A stretch of DNA of 27,980 bases from an uncultured Candidatus Micrarchaeota archaeon (lineage in GTDB: Archaea; Micrarchaeota; Micrarchaeia; Burarchaeales; Fermentimicrarchaeaceae), in assembly GCA_963760615.1 (NCBI GenBank), contig CAVXDX010000006.1, positions 1 to 27,980 of the forward strand, written 5' to 3'. A program made the translations under genes and the position numbers. Under the pieces are notes generated by a model, which worked only from the letters and a program-made list of their open reading frames with translations, did not search any database and was not told the origin of the DNA. Below, piece by piece: positions 8,725 to 16,704 of this stretch (within the stretch, counting starts at the first letter, position 1; the number at the start of each line of letters is the position of its first letter).

Positions 8725-9498
8725 TTGGTTGAAACTGAAGTGATACAGCATAGTATTGAGGCATTCGGAAAGAATGCCAAGCTGGTCTTGTTCTTCTCAG
8801 TACCATTCCTGCTGGCGTTTGCCATACCTCTTCTCTCTCCAATGCCAACCTACGTTTCTCTGGGCGCGACATTCCTCAGGACGGGCAGCATGTTCATAGA
8901 CCTCACATACTTCGATGTGGGGCTGATATTCATAAGCTCCCTGGCCTCCCTTTTCCTTATCTCCTTTGCCATTGTGTCTATAAACATCATCATAAAATCG
9001 CAGAGAACAATGACGAACGTGAGGACTGAGGTTATAGAGGGTATAGAGAAATACACAATGACTATATTCCTGCTCTACACAATCACATTGGTGCTCTCCC
9101 TTGCTGTGCTGCTTCTCTTCCACGAGTACCAGCTGGACGACCTGGCGACCCCCCTCTTCTCCTTCGTTGTTTCTCTGCCGCTCTTCTATGCTCCTGCAGC
9201 TGTTGTGATAGATGAACTCAGGCCTCTGGAGGCAATGAAGATGAGCCTGTACATGATAAGGAAGAAATTCCTTCTTTTCGTGCTCTGGCTTATCGTGGGC
9301 TTCCTCCTGCTCTCAGTTATTGATGAGTTTTTCATAGTAATAATGCCTCTAGTTGATGAATTGCTTCCGCTTTCAACCCCGTATCTATGGACTTGGGGCG
9401 CGTATGTTGCCTTGGTGCTCAACTCCATGCTGGTGATGCCTTTCCTTGTGATACTGCAGACCCAGTCATACCTCACGAAATACACAATACTGAAGTGA
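8725..9498 (+). CDS. Polytopic membrane protein of unknown function (about 6 TM)
   Basis: 257-aa ORF with multiple hydrophobic helices. TTG start with GGTG-N5 spacing. Confidence 0.8.
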   Translation: MVETEVIQHSIEAFGKNAKLVLFFSVPFLLAFAIPLLSPMPTYVSLGATFLRTGSMFIDLTYFDVGLIFISSLASLFLISFAIVSINIIIKSQRTMTNVRTEVIEGIEKYTMTIFLLYTITLVLSLAVLLLFHEYQLDDLATPLFSFVVSLPLFYAPAAVVIDELRPLEAMKMSLYMIRKKFLLFVLWLIVGFLLLSVIDEFFIVIMPLVDELLPLSTPYLWTWGAYVALVLNSMLVMPFLVILQTQSYLTKYTILK

Positions 9499-9533
9499 GT
9501 AGTTTCAAAGCGGATTTCCAGTGGAGAGATTAA

Positions 9534-11048
9534 ATGGATTTCTACAGAAAAAATAGAAATGCGCTTTTCATCTCCATACTGATTCTCCTCTCCTTGGCAA
9601 TTAGCTTGTACTACCTGCCCCGCGCCCCCCTTCTTAATGATGAGGCGGTTTATGCCGAGATGATAGACGAATTCATCCGCACTCCAACCATGGTTCCACA
9701 CTTCATGGGTCATGTGGTATCCTGGAAGCCCATACTCGGCTTTGCCACCTATGCAGCTTTCATAATCGGCTTCCATACCCTTAATCCCGCCATACCGGTT
9801 GAGTTCCTCTACAGGTTTCCCTCCATTATCTTTGGCGTGCTCTCCGCAATTGCGGTGTATTTTCTCGGAAGGAAGTTCTACGGTGAAGAGGTGGCCCTCC
9901 TTTCAGCAGTAATATTTGCGCTCAACCCAGTCTTAGTGGTGCTAAACGAAAGCCTGCTTCTGGAAAACCTCACCCTCTTCCTGCTCCTATCTGGTGTTCT
10001 CCTCTACATTGAGGGCGAGAGGGACAGGAAGTACCTTTACTACGGAGGCTTTCTGGGTGCCCTTCTCTTTCTCACGAAATCAATTACGGCATTTCTGCTC
10101 CCTGCCCTGGCAATTGCATACTATCTGGGAAACAGGAAGATGGGAAATTACCGTCAGATGGGGAGGACCTTCCTCCTCTCGCTCGCAGGGGTTCCGCTTG
10201 CGATGCTGCTGTACTCCCTCGTATTCTTCATGAGCGCTCCCGCAGGGCAAGGTGCCGATGTAAGGGTGTTGTATATATACGATGCGATTAGGGTGTGGGC
10301 CATGAGCGGAAAGCCAGTGCTGCTCTTGAATTCAATTGAGTTTCTCAAGCTCTCCCTGCCTTGGAGCATTATGTTTTTTGCGGGACTGCTGACAATCAAA
10401 CTCAGGAGGAAGGAGGACCGGTTCATCTTCATCTGGCTTGTTCTCATGCTGATATTCTTGGGGGCTGGTCAATTCTACAGCCGCTATTATCTGCCACTCA
10501 TCCCGCCCTTCTCAATAATCTGCGCCAGGTCCTTCATGCAGATAAGAGACAGAAAGTTTTTCCTGCCTCTGTTGCTCCTGCTCCTCTTCTCCTCCGTCCC
10601 AGATTTTACCAACCCCGCCTTTATGAACTCAAACATACCTACAGCAGCCCCCCGCTCCCAAAATGCGCAGGTTGGATTTTTCCTGAGGAATAAGAGTGGA
10701 ATACTTTCCATAACAACAGAGGGCATACCAGAGACTGTTTTCTACAAGTTTCATGGGGAGAGTGCTCCCAATTATACAGGGTTTGAGATGAAAGTCCTCA
10801 ATCCCGCATCCTCAGAGGGCTACATCGCATACAGGACAATCTCAGAGATAGCGCTCGAGCTGGTGCCCACAATCAATCTTACGGACTCGCAGCAGGTCAA
10901 GAGCTGGATTGGGAACAGCTCCAATAATGAGTATGTGGTTATGGACTCTGACGTTTACAGGGTATACTCCTCATCCCCACTAAGGAATTACTCCGTTGTT
11001 TTCAACTCCTCCGAGGGCGGACCCATTGTGCTTGGAAGGGTCACATAG
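9534..11048 (+). CDS. GT-C fold glycosyltransferase (ArnT/PMT, GT39/GT83-like)
   Basis: Loop motif LLNDEAVY after TM1, then WKP, RFPSIIFG, FALNP, FLTKS and RYYLPLIP across many TMs. The soluble C-terminal domain carries several sequons. Confidence 0.85.
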   Translation: MDFYRKNRNALFISILILLSLAISLYYLPRAPLLNDEAVYAEMIDEFIRTPTMVPHFMGHVVSWKPILGFATYAAFIIGFHTLNPAIPVEFLYRFPSIIFGVLSAIAVYFLGRKFYGEEVALLSAVIFALNPVLVVLNESLLLENLTLFLLLSGVLLYIEGERDRKYLYYGGFLGALLFLTKSITAFLLPALAIAYYLGNRKMGNYRQMGRTFLLSLAGVPLAMLLYSLVFFMSAPAGQGADVRVLYIYDAIRVWAMSGKPVLLLNSIEFLKLSLPWSIMFFAGLLTIKLRRKEDRFIFIWLVLMLIFLGAGQFYSRYYLPLIPPFSIICARSFMQIRDRKFFLPLLLLLLFSSVPDFTNPAFMNSNIPTAAPRSQNAQVGFFLRNKSGILSITTEGIPETVFYKFHGESAPNYTGFEMKVLNPASSEGYIAYRTISEIALELVPTINLTDSQQVKSWIGNSSNNEYVVMDSDVYRVYSSSPLRNYSVVFNSSEGGPIVLGRVT

Positions 11049-11415
11049 CCCCGACTGCATAGGCCGTGTATATCGTAGCAATTATCCCAATGAGAGGTAG
11101 GACATAGCCCATGATTAATTCTCCATTGCTTCTCCTCATGCTCACCTTCCTTTTTATCTGGTACGCATAGAAGAGCGCCTGCAGCAAAAAAAGAGAGAGC
11201 GTCATTGTGATGAAGGCGAGGTTGTTGTCGAGAGCAAACTCTGGAAACGTGACGTAGGAATTGATAACAGCCATCAGTCTGTCGGCTATATAAGAGAACA
11301 GGAAAAGTATTAGGGTTACCGATACTGCCCTCAGCAGATACATTGGCAGTATGGCCCTCCAGTCGTCAACTTCAGAGAATTTCCCGCGGATGTGCGAACC
11401 TTCGAATGTTTTCAT
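11041..11415 (-). CDS. Small membrane protein (about 3 TM), unknown function
   Basis: 124-aa ORF with three hydrophobic segments. Convergent 8-nt overlap with the glycosyltransferase. Divergent from the pilin promoter. Confidence 0.6.
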   Translation of the reverse strand: MKTFEGSHIRGKFSEVDDWRAILPMYLLRAVSVTLILFLFSYIADRLMAVINSYVTFPEFALDNNLAFITMTLSLFLLQALFYAYQIKRKVSMRRSNGELIMGYVLPLIGIIATIYTAYAVGAM

Positions 11416-11500
11416 ATTATGCGCTCTTAATATTTCGAATAATCCATATTTATCATTTACTGAGAAAAAAACAATTCAGTATCTGTTCTAGTACACTTAT

Positions 11501-11515
11501 AGAAAGGTTTATATA
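11501..11515 (+). promoter_or_regulatory. BRE + TATA promoter of pilin 1
   Basis: AGAAAGG followed by TTTATATA (11508-11515). GAGGTGA ribosome-binding site at 11574-11580. Short UTR hairpin AACTCC/GGAGTT at 11550-11566. Confidence 0.7.
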
Positions 11516-11586
11516 TATCCTAGTGCACAACTACCTTTCATTAAAGTAAAACTCCATCTCGGAGTTAAAAAATGAGGTGATGTATA

Positions 11587-11940
11587 ATGAAAGCAAAAAT
11601 GACGGCTTTGCTGTCCCTTGCCTTGTTTGCAGGGCTGGTATCAGCAGGTGCAGTTACTCCTACAACAATGGCAGCGAGCATAGCAGCAGGTCTGTGCAGC
11701 TTTAAGGTGCTGGTTGTCGGTGTACTGCCAACTCTTGCCCTGATACTGTTCCTGTTTGCAGGGTTGTCCTATGCAGCTGGTCAAGCATTCGGTGCTGAGA
11801 CCAAGGCAAAGGCACAGGGCTGGGCAATGTCCCTTCTGGTTGGAGGGATAATTGGTATAATCCTTGCAGTGCTGGCACCAATACTGGCAAGCATATTCGT
11901 CGGTATGGCAACAGGCCAAATGGTAGCATCAGCTTGCTAA
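11587..11940 (+). CDS. VirB2/TrbC-like (T4SS-type) pilin 1
   Basis: 117 aa. Sec-type signal (..GLVSA|GA), then two hydrophobic helices joined by a short basic loop (QAFGAETKAKAQGW), which is VirB2-like topology. No class III signal peptide. Only two Cys (C37 and terminal C117). Confidence 0.75.
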   Translation: MKAKMTALLSLALFAGLVSAGAVTPTTMAASIAAGLCSFKVLVVGVLPTLALILFLFAGLSYAAGQAFGAETKAKAQGWAMSLLVGGIIGIILAVLAPILASIFVGMATGQMVASAC

Positions 11941-11950
11941 GAAACCACTC

Positions 11951-11979
11951 TTTTTATTTTTTATTTTTCATATTTTTAT
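11951..11979 (+). terminator. Oligo-T archaeal terminator after pilin 1
   Basis: Four T5-T6 runs starting 11 nt after the stop codon. Confidence 0.7.
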
Positions 11980-12094
11980 CGTAGATCAGAATGGAGAAGA
12001 GTCAAAAAATGATTTTTATGTTGGCAAATACCTGGATGGTCATCCTACCGTTATCTTTTTATTCTCCCTATTCCATATAATAGTGGTGATTGTA

Positions 12095-12454
12095 ATGAGA
12101 AATCATACAAAAATGGTTTTTATCCTGTTGCTGCTGAGTTTATCGCATGCAGCCTTCGCTGCTGCAACTCTTACTGCCATGGCAGCTAATATAGCAGCTG
12201 CCCTCTGCGGCTTCCAGACGCTTGTGTATACAATCCTGCCAACCCTTGCCCTCATAATGTTCCTGTTTGCAGGTTTGGCATATGCAGCTGGTCAGGTATT
12301 CGGAGCAGAGATGAGAGCAAAGGCACAGGGCTGGGCAATGTCCCTTCTGGTTGGAGGGATAATCGGAATATTCATAGCAGTGCTCGCCCCAATACTTGTG
12401 GATATATTCGTAGGCATGGACCCGGCGCTGAGAACCCATATGCCTACATGCTAG
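12095..12454 (+). CDS. VirB2/TrbC-like pilin 2, paralog of pilin 1
   Basis: Same core (LPTLALIxFLFAGLxYAAGQxFGAExxAKAQGWAMSLLVGGIIGI). Signal peptide ending AFA. Likely start ATG 12095 after GGTGA. Only two Cys, the second is the last residue. Confidence 0.75.
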   Translation: MRNHTKMVFILLLLSLSHAAFAAATLTAMAANIAAALCGFQTLVYTILPTLALIMFLFAGLAYAAGQVFGAEMRAKAQGWAMSLLVGGIIGIFIAVLAPILVDIFVGMDPALRTHMPTC

Positions 12455-12508
12455 GGGCAACCCACCTGCAATAATGCATGGGTGCACTGATGAGCTAAGT
12501 CAGGGGCA

Positions 12509-12516
12509 TTTTTTTT
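12509..12516 (+). terminator. T8 tract after pilin 2, possible terminator
   Basis: Run of eight T about 55 nt after the stop, preceded by an imperfect hairpin. Confidence 0.45.
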
Positions 12517-12538
12517 ATCATTCACTCACAGTTAGTTT

Positions 12539-12590
12539 TAAAAACCACCAAACCCAAATTATCAAATGCATACTGCCATGGTGGTTTTTA
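12539..12590. repeat. Perfect 12-bp inverted repeat upstream of the first VirB6-like gene
   Basis: TAAAAACCACCA (12539-12550) and TGGTGGTTTTTA (12579-12590) with a 28-nt spacer. The right arm contains GGTGG. Confidence 0.85.
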
Positions 12591-13525
12591 CAATGTTTCT
12601 TCAAATAGATTTGAGTGGTGGTGCATTTCTTGGTGGCTGGGAGGCAGCAGCCCTCACTGCGCTCCTGGTGTCATTCGGCATAATCGGAATTGGTTTTGCC
12701 ATAGGCATTGGATTCGGCTACCATGAGCTTGAGGAGTGGGCTAAGAAGGAGATGTATGAAATATTCATGAGTGGTGTTATTCTCGGAGTTCTAATAGCTT
12801 TCGTCAACATTCTGTTCGGCATATCAACCAACTTGGCTGGTGGCAATCCACTCGATGTAGCGCATAACTACTTGAATCAAATGCTGTTTGACACAGCTGG
12901 CACTTTCCTCCAGTTGTTCCTCTACAACATGTATATAGCCGCAGTCTCAACGCTGATGATAGGCTTCTTCATACCCATATCCATACCTCCTTGGATAACA
13001 ATACGAATCGGTTCCTATGTCATGCCCGAGGCAGGCTTCAGCGCTATGACGCTTGGGATAGATACCATATTCAATCTCATCTCCGTAATGCTGGCACTCA
13101 TACTCACCGAGCAGGTTCTTCTTGATTTCTTTAGGATTGTGATGTTCAAGTACATCCTCCCTCTTGGCGTTCTCATGCGAACTTTTCCACTCACAAGAGT
13201 TGCCGGCAGCACCATCATTGCGGTTGCAATAGGGGCTTACATAATATACCCGCTCTCAATAATATACTCCGCGCAGCTGTACAACAGCTTTAAGGCAGTA
13301 GCTGTGCCCGGGCAGCCAGGCAACCCAATGATGAACCTGGCATTCGGACCGCTGCTCTGGGATATCGCCGGCCCCATAGAGTCAATAGGCGATATGATGC
13401 GTAACTTCGTCATAGTAACAACCTGTTTCTTGGTGACCGTAGTCATAACGTTGTCCTCAGTACGTTCGCTTGCAGGTGTTCTGGGAGGCGACCCGGATTT
13501 ATTTGGGTTGGCCAGGTTGGTCTAG
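12566..13525 (+). CDS. VirB6/CedA-like polytopic membrane protein, paralog 1 of 6
   Basis: Family motifs EWAKKEMYE, LPLGVLMRTFPLTRVAGSTIIAVAIGAYIIYP and C-terminal LGGDPDLFGLARLV. The true start may be ATG 12593. Confidence 0.65.
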   Translation: MHTAMVVFTMFLQIDLSGGAFLGGWEAAALTALLVSFGIIGIGFAIGIGFGYHELEEWAKKEMYEIFMSGVILGVLIAFVNILFGISTNLAGGNPLDVAHNYLNQMLFDTAGTFLQLFLYNMYIAAVSTLMIGFFIPISIPPWITIRIGSYVMPEAGFSAMTLGIDTIFNLISVMLALILTEQVLLDFFRIVMFKYILPLGVLMRTFPLTRVAGSTIIAVAIGAYIIYPLSIIYSAQLYNSFKAVAVPGQPGNPMMNLAFGPLLWDIAGPIESIGDMMRNFVIVTTCFLVTVVITLSSVRSLAGVLGGDPDLFGLARLV

Positions 13526-13533
13526 GTGGTAAA

Positions 13534-14544
13534 ACGAAACTGAACCCATTCATGGTATTGCTTGTATTCATTGCTATTGCAAATATTTCATCTGCGGGTG
13601 TTGTATGCCCCCCAAATCCACCATACCCACCCTGCTGCATAAGCAGTGAGTGGTGGACAGGCGGTTGGATCTATCTGGTCTTCATCGGAATATCCACCAT
13701 TCTCCTGTCTCTCTCGCTTGTATTCATGGTTTCCCAGATAACTGGAAAACACGAGTGGGTTGTTTGGATAAAGGACGAGTTCTACCAAACAATAATCTCC
13801 GTTATCATAGTTATCCTTCTCGTCATGGTACTCACTCTGGTATGTAACATCTTTAGCAATATTGCTGGAGGCGACCCCTTTGTCATTGCCCACGCCTACT
13901 TGAACGATCTTGTCTGGAGCAGGACGATCAACGATGCAATAAACGCATTCCAGGCCAGCCTGCTGTGTCAGATAGTTGCCGGTTACAAGACCCACATGGG
14001 GCCCAAATCTCTGGGGACAACCTACAGCCAGCATATGGGCCTTAGAACAGTTGCAACCAACTTTGACTTCCTCTACACTCTCTTCGTAGGGCTCTCAGCA
14101 AGCCTCATGATCCAGGATATAGGGCTGTCAATAATACAGGCATTCGCTTTCAGGATAATGCTTCCTCTGGGAATACTCTTCAGGGTGTTCCCATTTCTAA
14201 GAAAGGCGGGAGCCATGCTCATAGCCCTGGCGCTTGGGCTGTACATAGTGTTCCCCCTGTGCTTTGTGATGGACAAAATGATAGTGGATTCAATACTCAG
14301 CGATCCAGCCATGAGCGGTGTTTTCATAAAGACTGACACCCAGCTGACTGCAATGGCAGGGTCGCTGGTGCTGTACTTCATATCACCGTTCTTGCCGTGG
14401 GCGATGATGACCCTTATCCTTCTTATGCAGGAGGCGGCGAGGCTGTTGCCCCAGGCAATCTTCCTTCCGACATTGAACCTTGTTATAACCCTCACGTTTG
14501 TGAAAAACGCAACAAGGGTTTTAAGCCAGAACTTCACAGAGTGA
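13534..14544 (+). CDS. VirB6/CedA-like membrane protein, paralog 2 (start probably ACG 13534; first ATG is 13552)
   Basis: VWIKDEFYQ and LPLGILFRVFPFLRKAGAMLIALALGLYIVFP. N-terminal signal peptide followed by a Cys/Pro-rich segment. Lacks the family C-terminal tail motif. Confidence 0.65.
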   Translation, partial: TKLNPFMVLLVFIAIANISSAGVVCPPNPPYPPCCISSEWWTGGWIYLVFIGISTILLSLSLVFMVSQITGKHEWVVWIKDEFYQTIISVIIVILLVMVLTLVCNIFSNIAGGDPFVIAHAYLNDLVWSRTINDAINAFQASLLCQIVAGYKTHMGPKSLGTTYSQHMGLRTVATNFDFLYTLFVGLSASLMIQDIGLSIIQAFAFRIMLPLGILFRVFPFLRKAGAMLIALALGLYIVFPLCFVMDKMIVDSILSDPAMSGVFIKTDTQLTAMAGSLVLYFISPFLPWAMMTLILLMQEAARLLPQAIFLPTLNLVITLTFVKNATRVLSQNFTE

Positions 14545-14548
14545 TAAC

Positions 14549-15757
14549 ATGGCCGTAGTAACCACCACAGCAGCATTCCAGAATATATGGAATAGCTGGC
14601 AGACAGTTGCCCTACTCGCAGCAGTGCTCTCTCTCTTGTTCGCAGCCCTTGGGTATATGCTGGCGCATCTATTCAAGCTGAAGAGCGTTGAGGTTTGGGC
14701 GAAGGAGGAGGTATACCAGGCTCTGGCAAGCGCGCTAATCATAGTCACCGCTGTAGCTGCGGTGACCGCCATAGTGAGCTTATCCTGCATTCTCACCAAC
14801 GGATGTGCTGCAAACCAGGACCATATGGACGTAGCAATACGCATAATGGACAACATGAAAAATAAAACAATTGAACAGACGCAGAACATCTTCTCCCTGA
14901 GTATGCGGGTGGGCCTCATAAAAGGCATGGGCAAGTATTACGACTTCACGTTCGGGCCCGACTCCGCTCCATGCCTGCTGGGGCACTGCCTAACCGCGTT
15001 TGGCTGGTCCTGGTATATGTGGGCCGGAGGCAGCGTAATATCAGATTCCCTGGACTACACGTTCTCAATACTGATTCCAATTGTCTCCAGCTTCTTCGCA
15101 CAGCTCTGGATGCTGAGGTTCATACAATCGACTCTCTTCCCAAGCCTTCTTGCTCTTGGTATAATACTCAGGACGTTCTTTTTCACAAGAAAGGTCGGCG
15201 GTCTGCTCATTGCAATAGCACTCGGAGTGTATACTGTTTACCCGCTCATGTACATAATGCTTGCCAGTTATATGGACTTCACCCCGCGCCAATTCTACTA
15301 CCCGAACAATGACCTGTCTCACTCCTATGCGTTCATCTCATGCGCTGGGGGTGAGTTTATGCCGGGTGGGTCGAATCCCAACACGCCCTGGTGCACGGGG
15401 TTTGCTGGTATGCTCTCCTACATAATACCTGGGCTCCCCACAGCTGCTGGAAATTTTCAATCGGCTGATTTCATGTTCAAGAATGGCTGCGTAGCCCCCA
15501 CTGCAACCTATGATGGATGCCCGGGCTCCTCATGCCCCAGCACTCCGGGGTTCTGCAGCGCAAATCCCCTGCCTCCAGATGTGTATGCAGGCATGCGAAG
15601 CTCATATGATGGTGTGCTCCCAATAGTTGGCTACCTCCTGGTGCCGGCAGTTTTCATCCCCCTCATCATAATCCTTGTAACCATATCATTCATAAGGATC
15701 CTCTCGCCAATGCTGGGAGGAGATGCTGAAATAGCTGGCTTGACCAGAATCCTGTAG
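14549..15757 (+). CDS. VirB6/CedA-like membrane protein, paralog 3, with a large Cys/Pro/Gly-rich insert
   Basis: VWAKEEVYQALAS, LGIILRTFFFTRKVGGLLIAIALGVYTVYP and C-terminal LGGDAEIAGLTRIL. Confidence 0.65.
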   Translation: MAVVTTTAAFQNIWNSWQTVALLAAVLSLLFAALGYMLAHLFKLKSVEVWAKEEVYQALASALIIVTAVAAVTAIVSLSCILTNGCAANQDHMDVAIRIMDNMKNKTIEQTQNIFSLSMRVGLIKGMGKYYDFTFGPDSAPCLLGHCLTAFGWSWYMWAGGSVISDSLDYTFSILIPIVSSFFAQLWMLRFIQSTLFPSLLALGIILRTFFFTRKVGGLLIAIALGVYTVYPLMYIMLASYMDFTPRQFYYPNNDLSHSYAFISCAGGEFMPGGSNPNTPWCTGFAGMLSYIIPGLPTAAGNFQSADFMFKNGCVAPTATYDGCPGSSCPSTPGFCSANPLPPDVYAGMRSSYDGVLPIVGYLLVPAVFIPLIIILVTISFIRILSPMLGGDAEIAGLTRIL

Positions 15758-15765
15758 GTGTAAGA

Positions 15766-16704
15766 ATGGCAGTTATAGTATGGGCAGACTGGTACTCGAT
15801 AACCTTCGTGGTGATATCTGCGACCATGGCTCTCGTCGCACTGGCGTACATGGTAGGTATAGGCTTCCACCTGCCCAAGCTTCAGGCATGGGCCAAGGAG
15901 GAGTTCTACCAGGCTCTGGCAAGCGCGCTAATAGCGGTTTTGTTCATATCGTTTGTATCAACAATAAAAACCACAATGCAGAACCTATACGGGGGGGACC
16001 CATTCCAAATAGCAAGTACCTACATAGGAAAAGTTATCTCGAGTCTTACTGTTCTTTTCATGGCGGTGGTTGGAACCGATGTTCCCTTTTCCCTTATGCA
16101 GAGCCTGACTTTCAAGGCAATGCCGAGCCAGATGGGCTTCAGCATAAACCCATTCATAGGCCTGACAACGCTGACGTCCATGCTCTCCCTAATGATGGAA
16201 GGGATTCTGGGAGCAATGGCCGTAATGCTCAGCCAAGGCACCTTCCTTTTGTTCATCCAATACCAGCTTCCAATTATCTTCCCGATTGGAATAGCCCTGA
16301 GAGCATTTCCATGGACTCGGCATGCTGGCGGCGCTCTCATTGCAATATTCTTTGGCTTCTACATTTTCTACCCATTCCTGTGGGTCTTCAATAGCGCAAT
16401 CTATGACGAAACTATCCAGCAACTCAGCTTCATGGGTGCAGCTCGCAATTTCGTTAACGCTCTCGGTATAGGAGCGGGCTGTATCGAAAACCCAACTACC
16501 TGCTTAACAAATGTTCCGGATTTTGGCGCGAATATAATGCTTGCATTGATCAACTTAATTGCCTACCCCGTAATAGCCCATCTCTTCATATTCGCTATCT
16601 TGCTCCCACTCTTCAACCTTTTAACAGTGCTTATACTGATTAATGAACTTGCCAAGATATTCGGTTCTGAAATAGATCTTGGAGGACTGCAGGGGTTGAT
16701 ATGA
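15766..16704 (+). CDS. VirB6/CedA-like membrane protein, paralog 4
   Basis: AWAKEEFYQALAS, FPIGIALRAFPWTRHAGGALIAIFFGFYIFYP and C-terminal FGSEIDLGGLQGLI. Confidence 0.65.
   Translation: MAVIVWADWYSITFVVISATMALVALAYMVGIGFHLPKLQAWAKEEFYQALASALIAVLFISFVSTIKTTMQNLYGGDPFQIASTYIGKVISSLTVLFMAVVGTDVPFSLMQSLTFKAMPSQMGFSINPFIGLTTLTSMLSLMMEGILGAMAVMLSQGTFLLFIQYQLPIIFPIGIALRAFPWTRHAGGALIAIFFGFYIFYPFLWVFNSAIYDETIQQLSFMGAARNFVNALGIGAGCIENPTTCLTNVPDFGANIMLALINLIAYPVIAHLFIFAILLPLFNLLTVLILINELAKIFGSEIDLGGLQGLI

Noticed and set aside
11587-12454. Type IV pilins / archaellins
   Set aside because: There is no class III signal peptide (basic-Gly cleavage site before the hydrophobic helix). The two-helix mature core and the neighbouring VirB4-type ATPase, rather than PilB/ArlI plus TadC, fit VirB2-type pilins.
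12487-12510. CTGATGAG as a hammerhead ribozyme core or C/D-box sRNA
   Set aside because: No GAAA following a stem II, and no downstream D box (CTGA) at a suitable distance.
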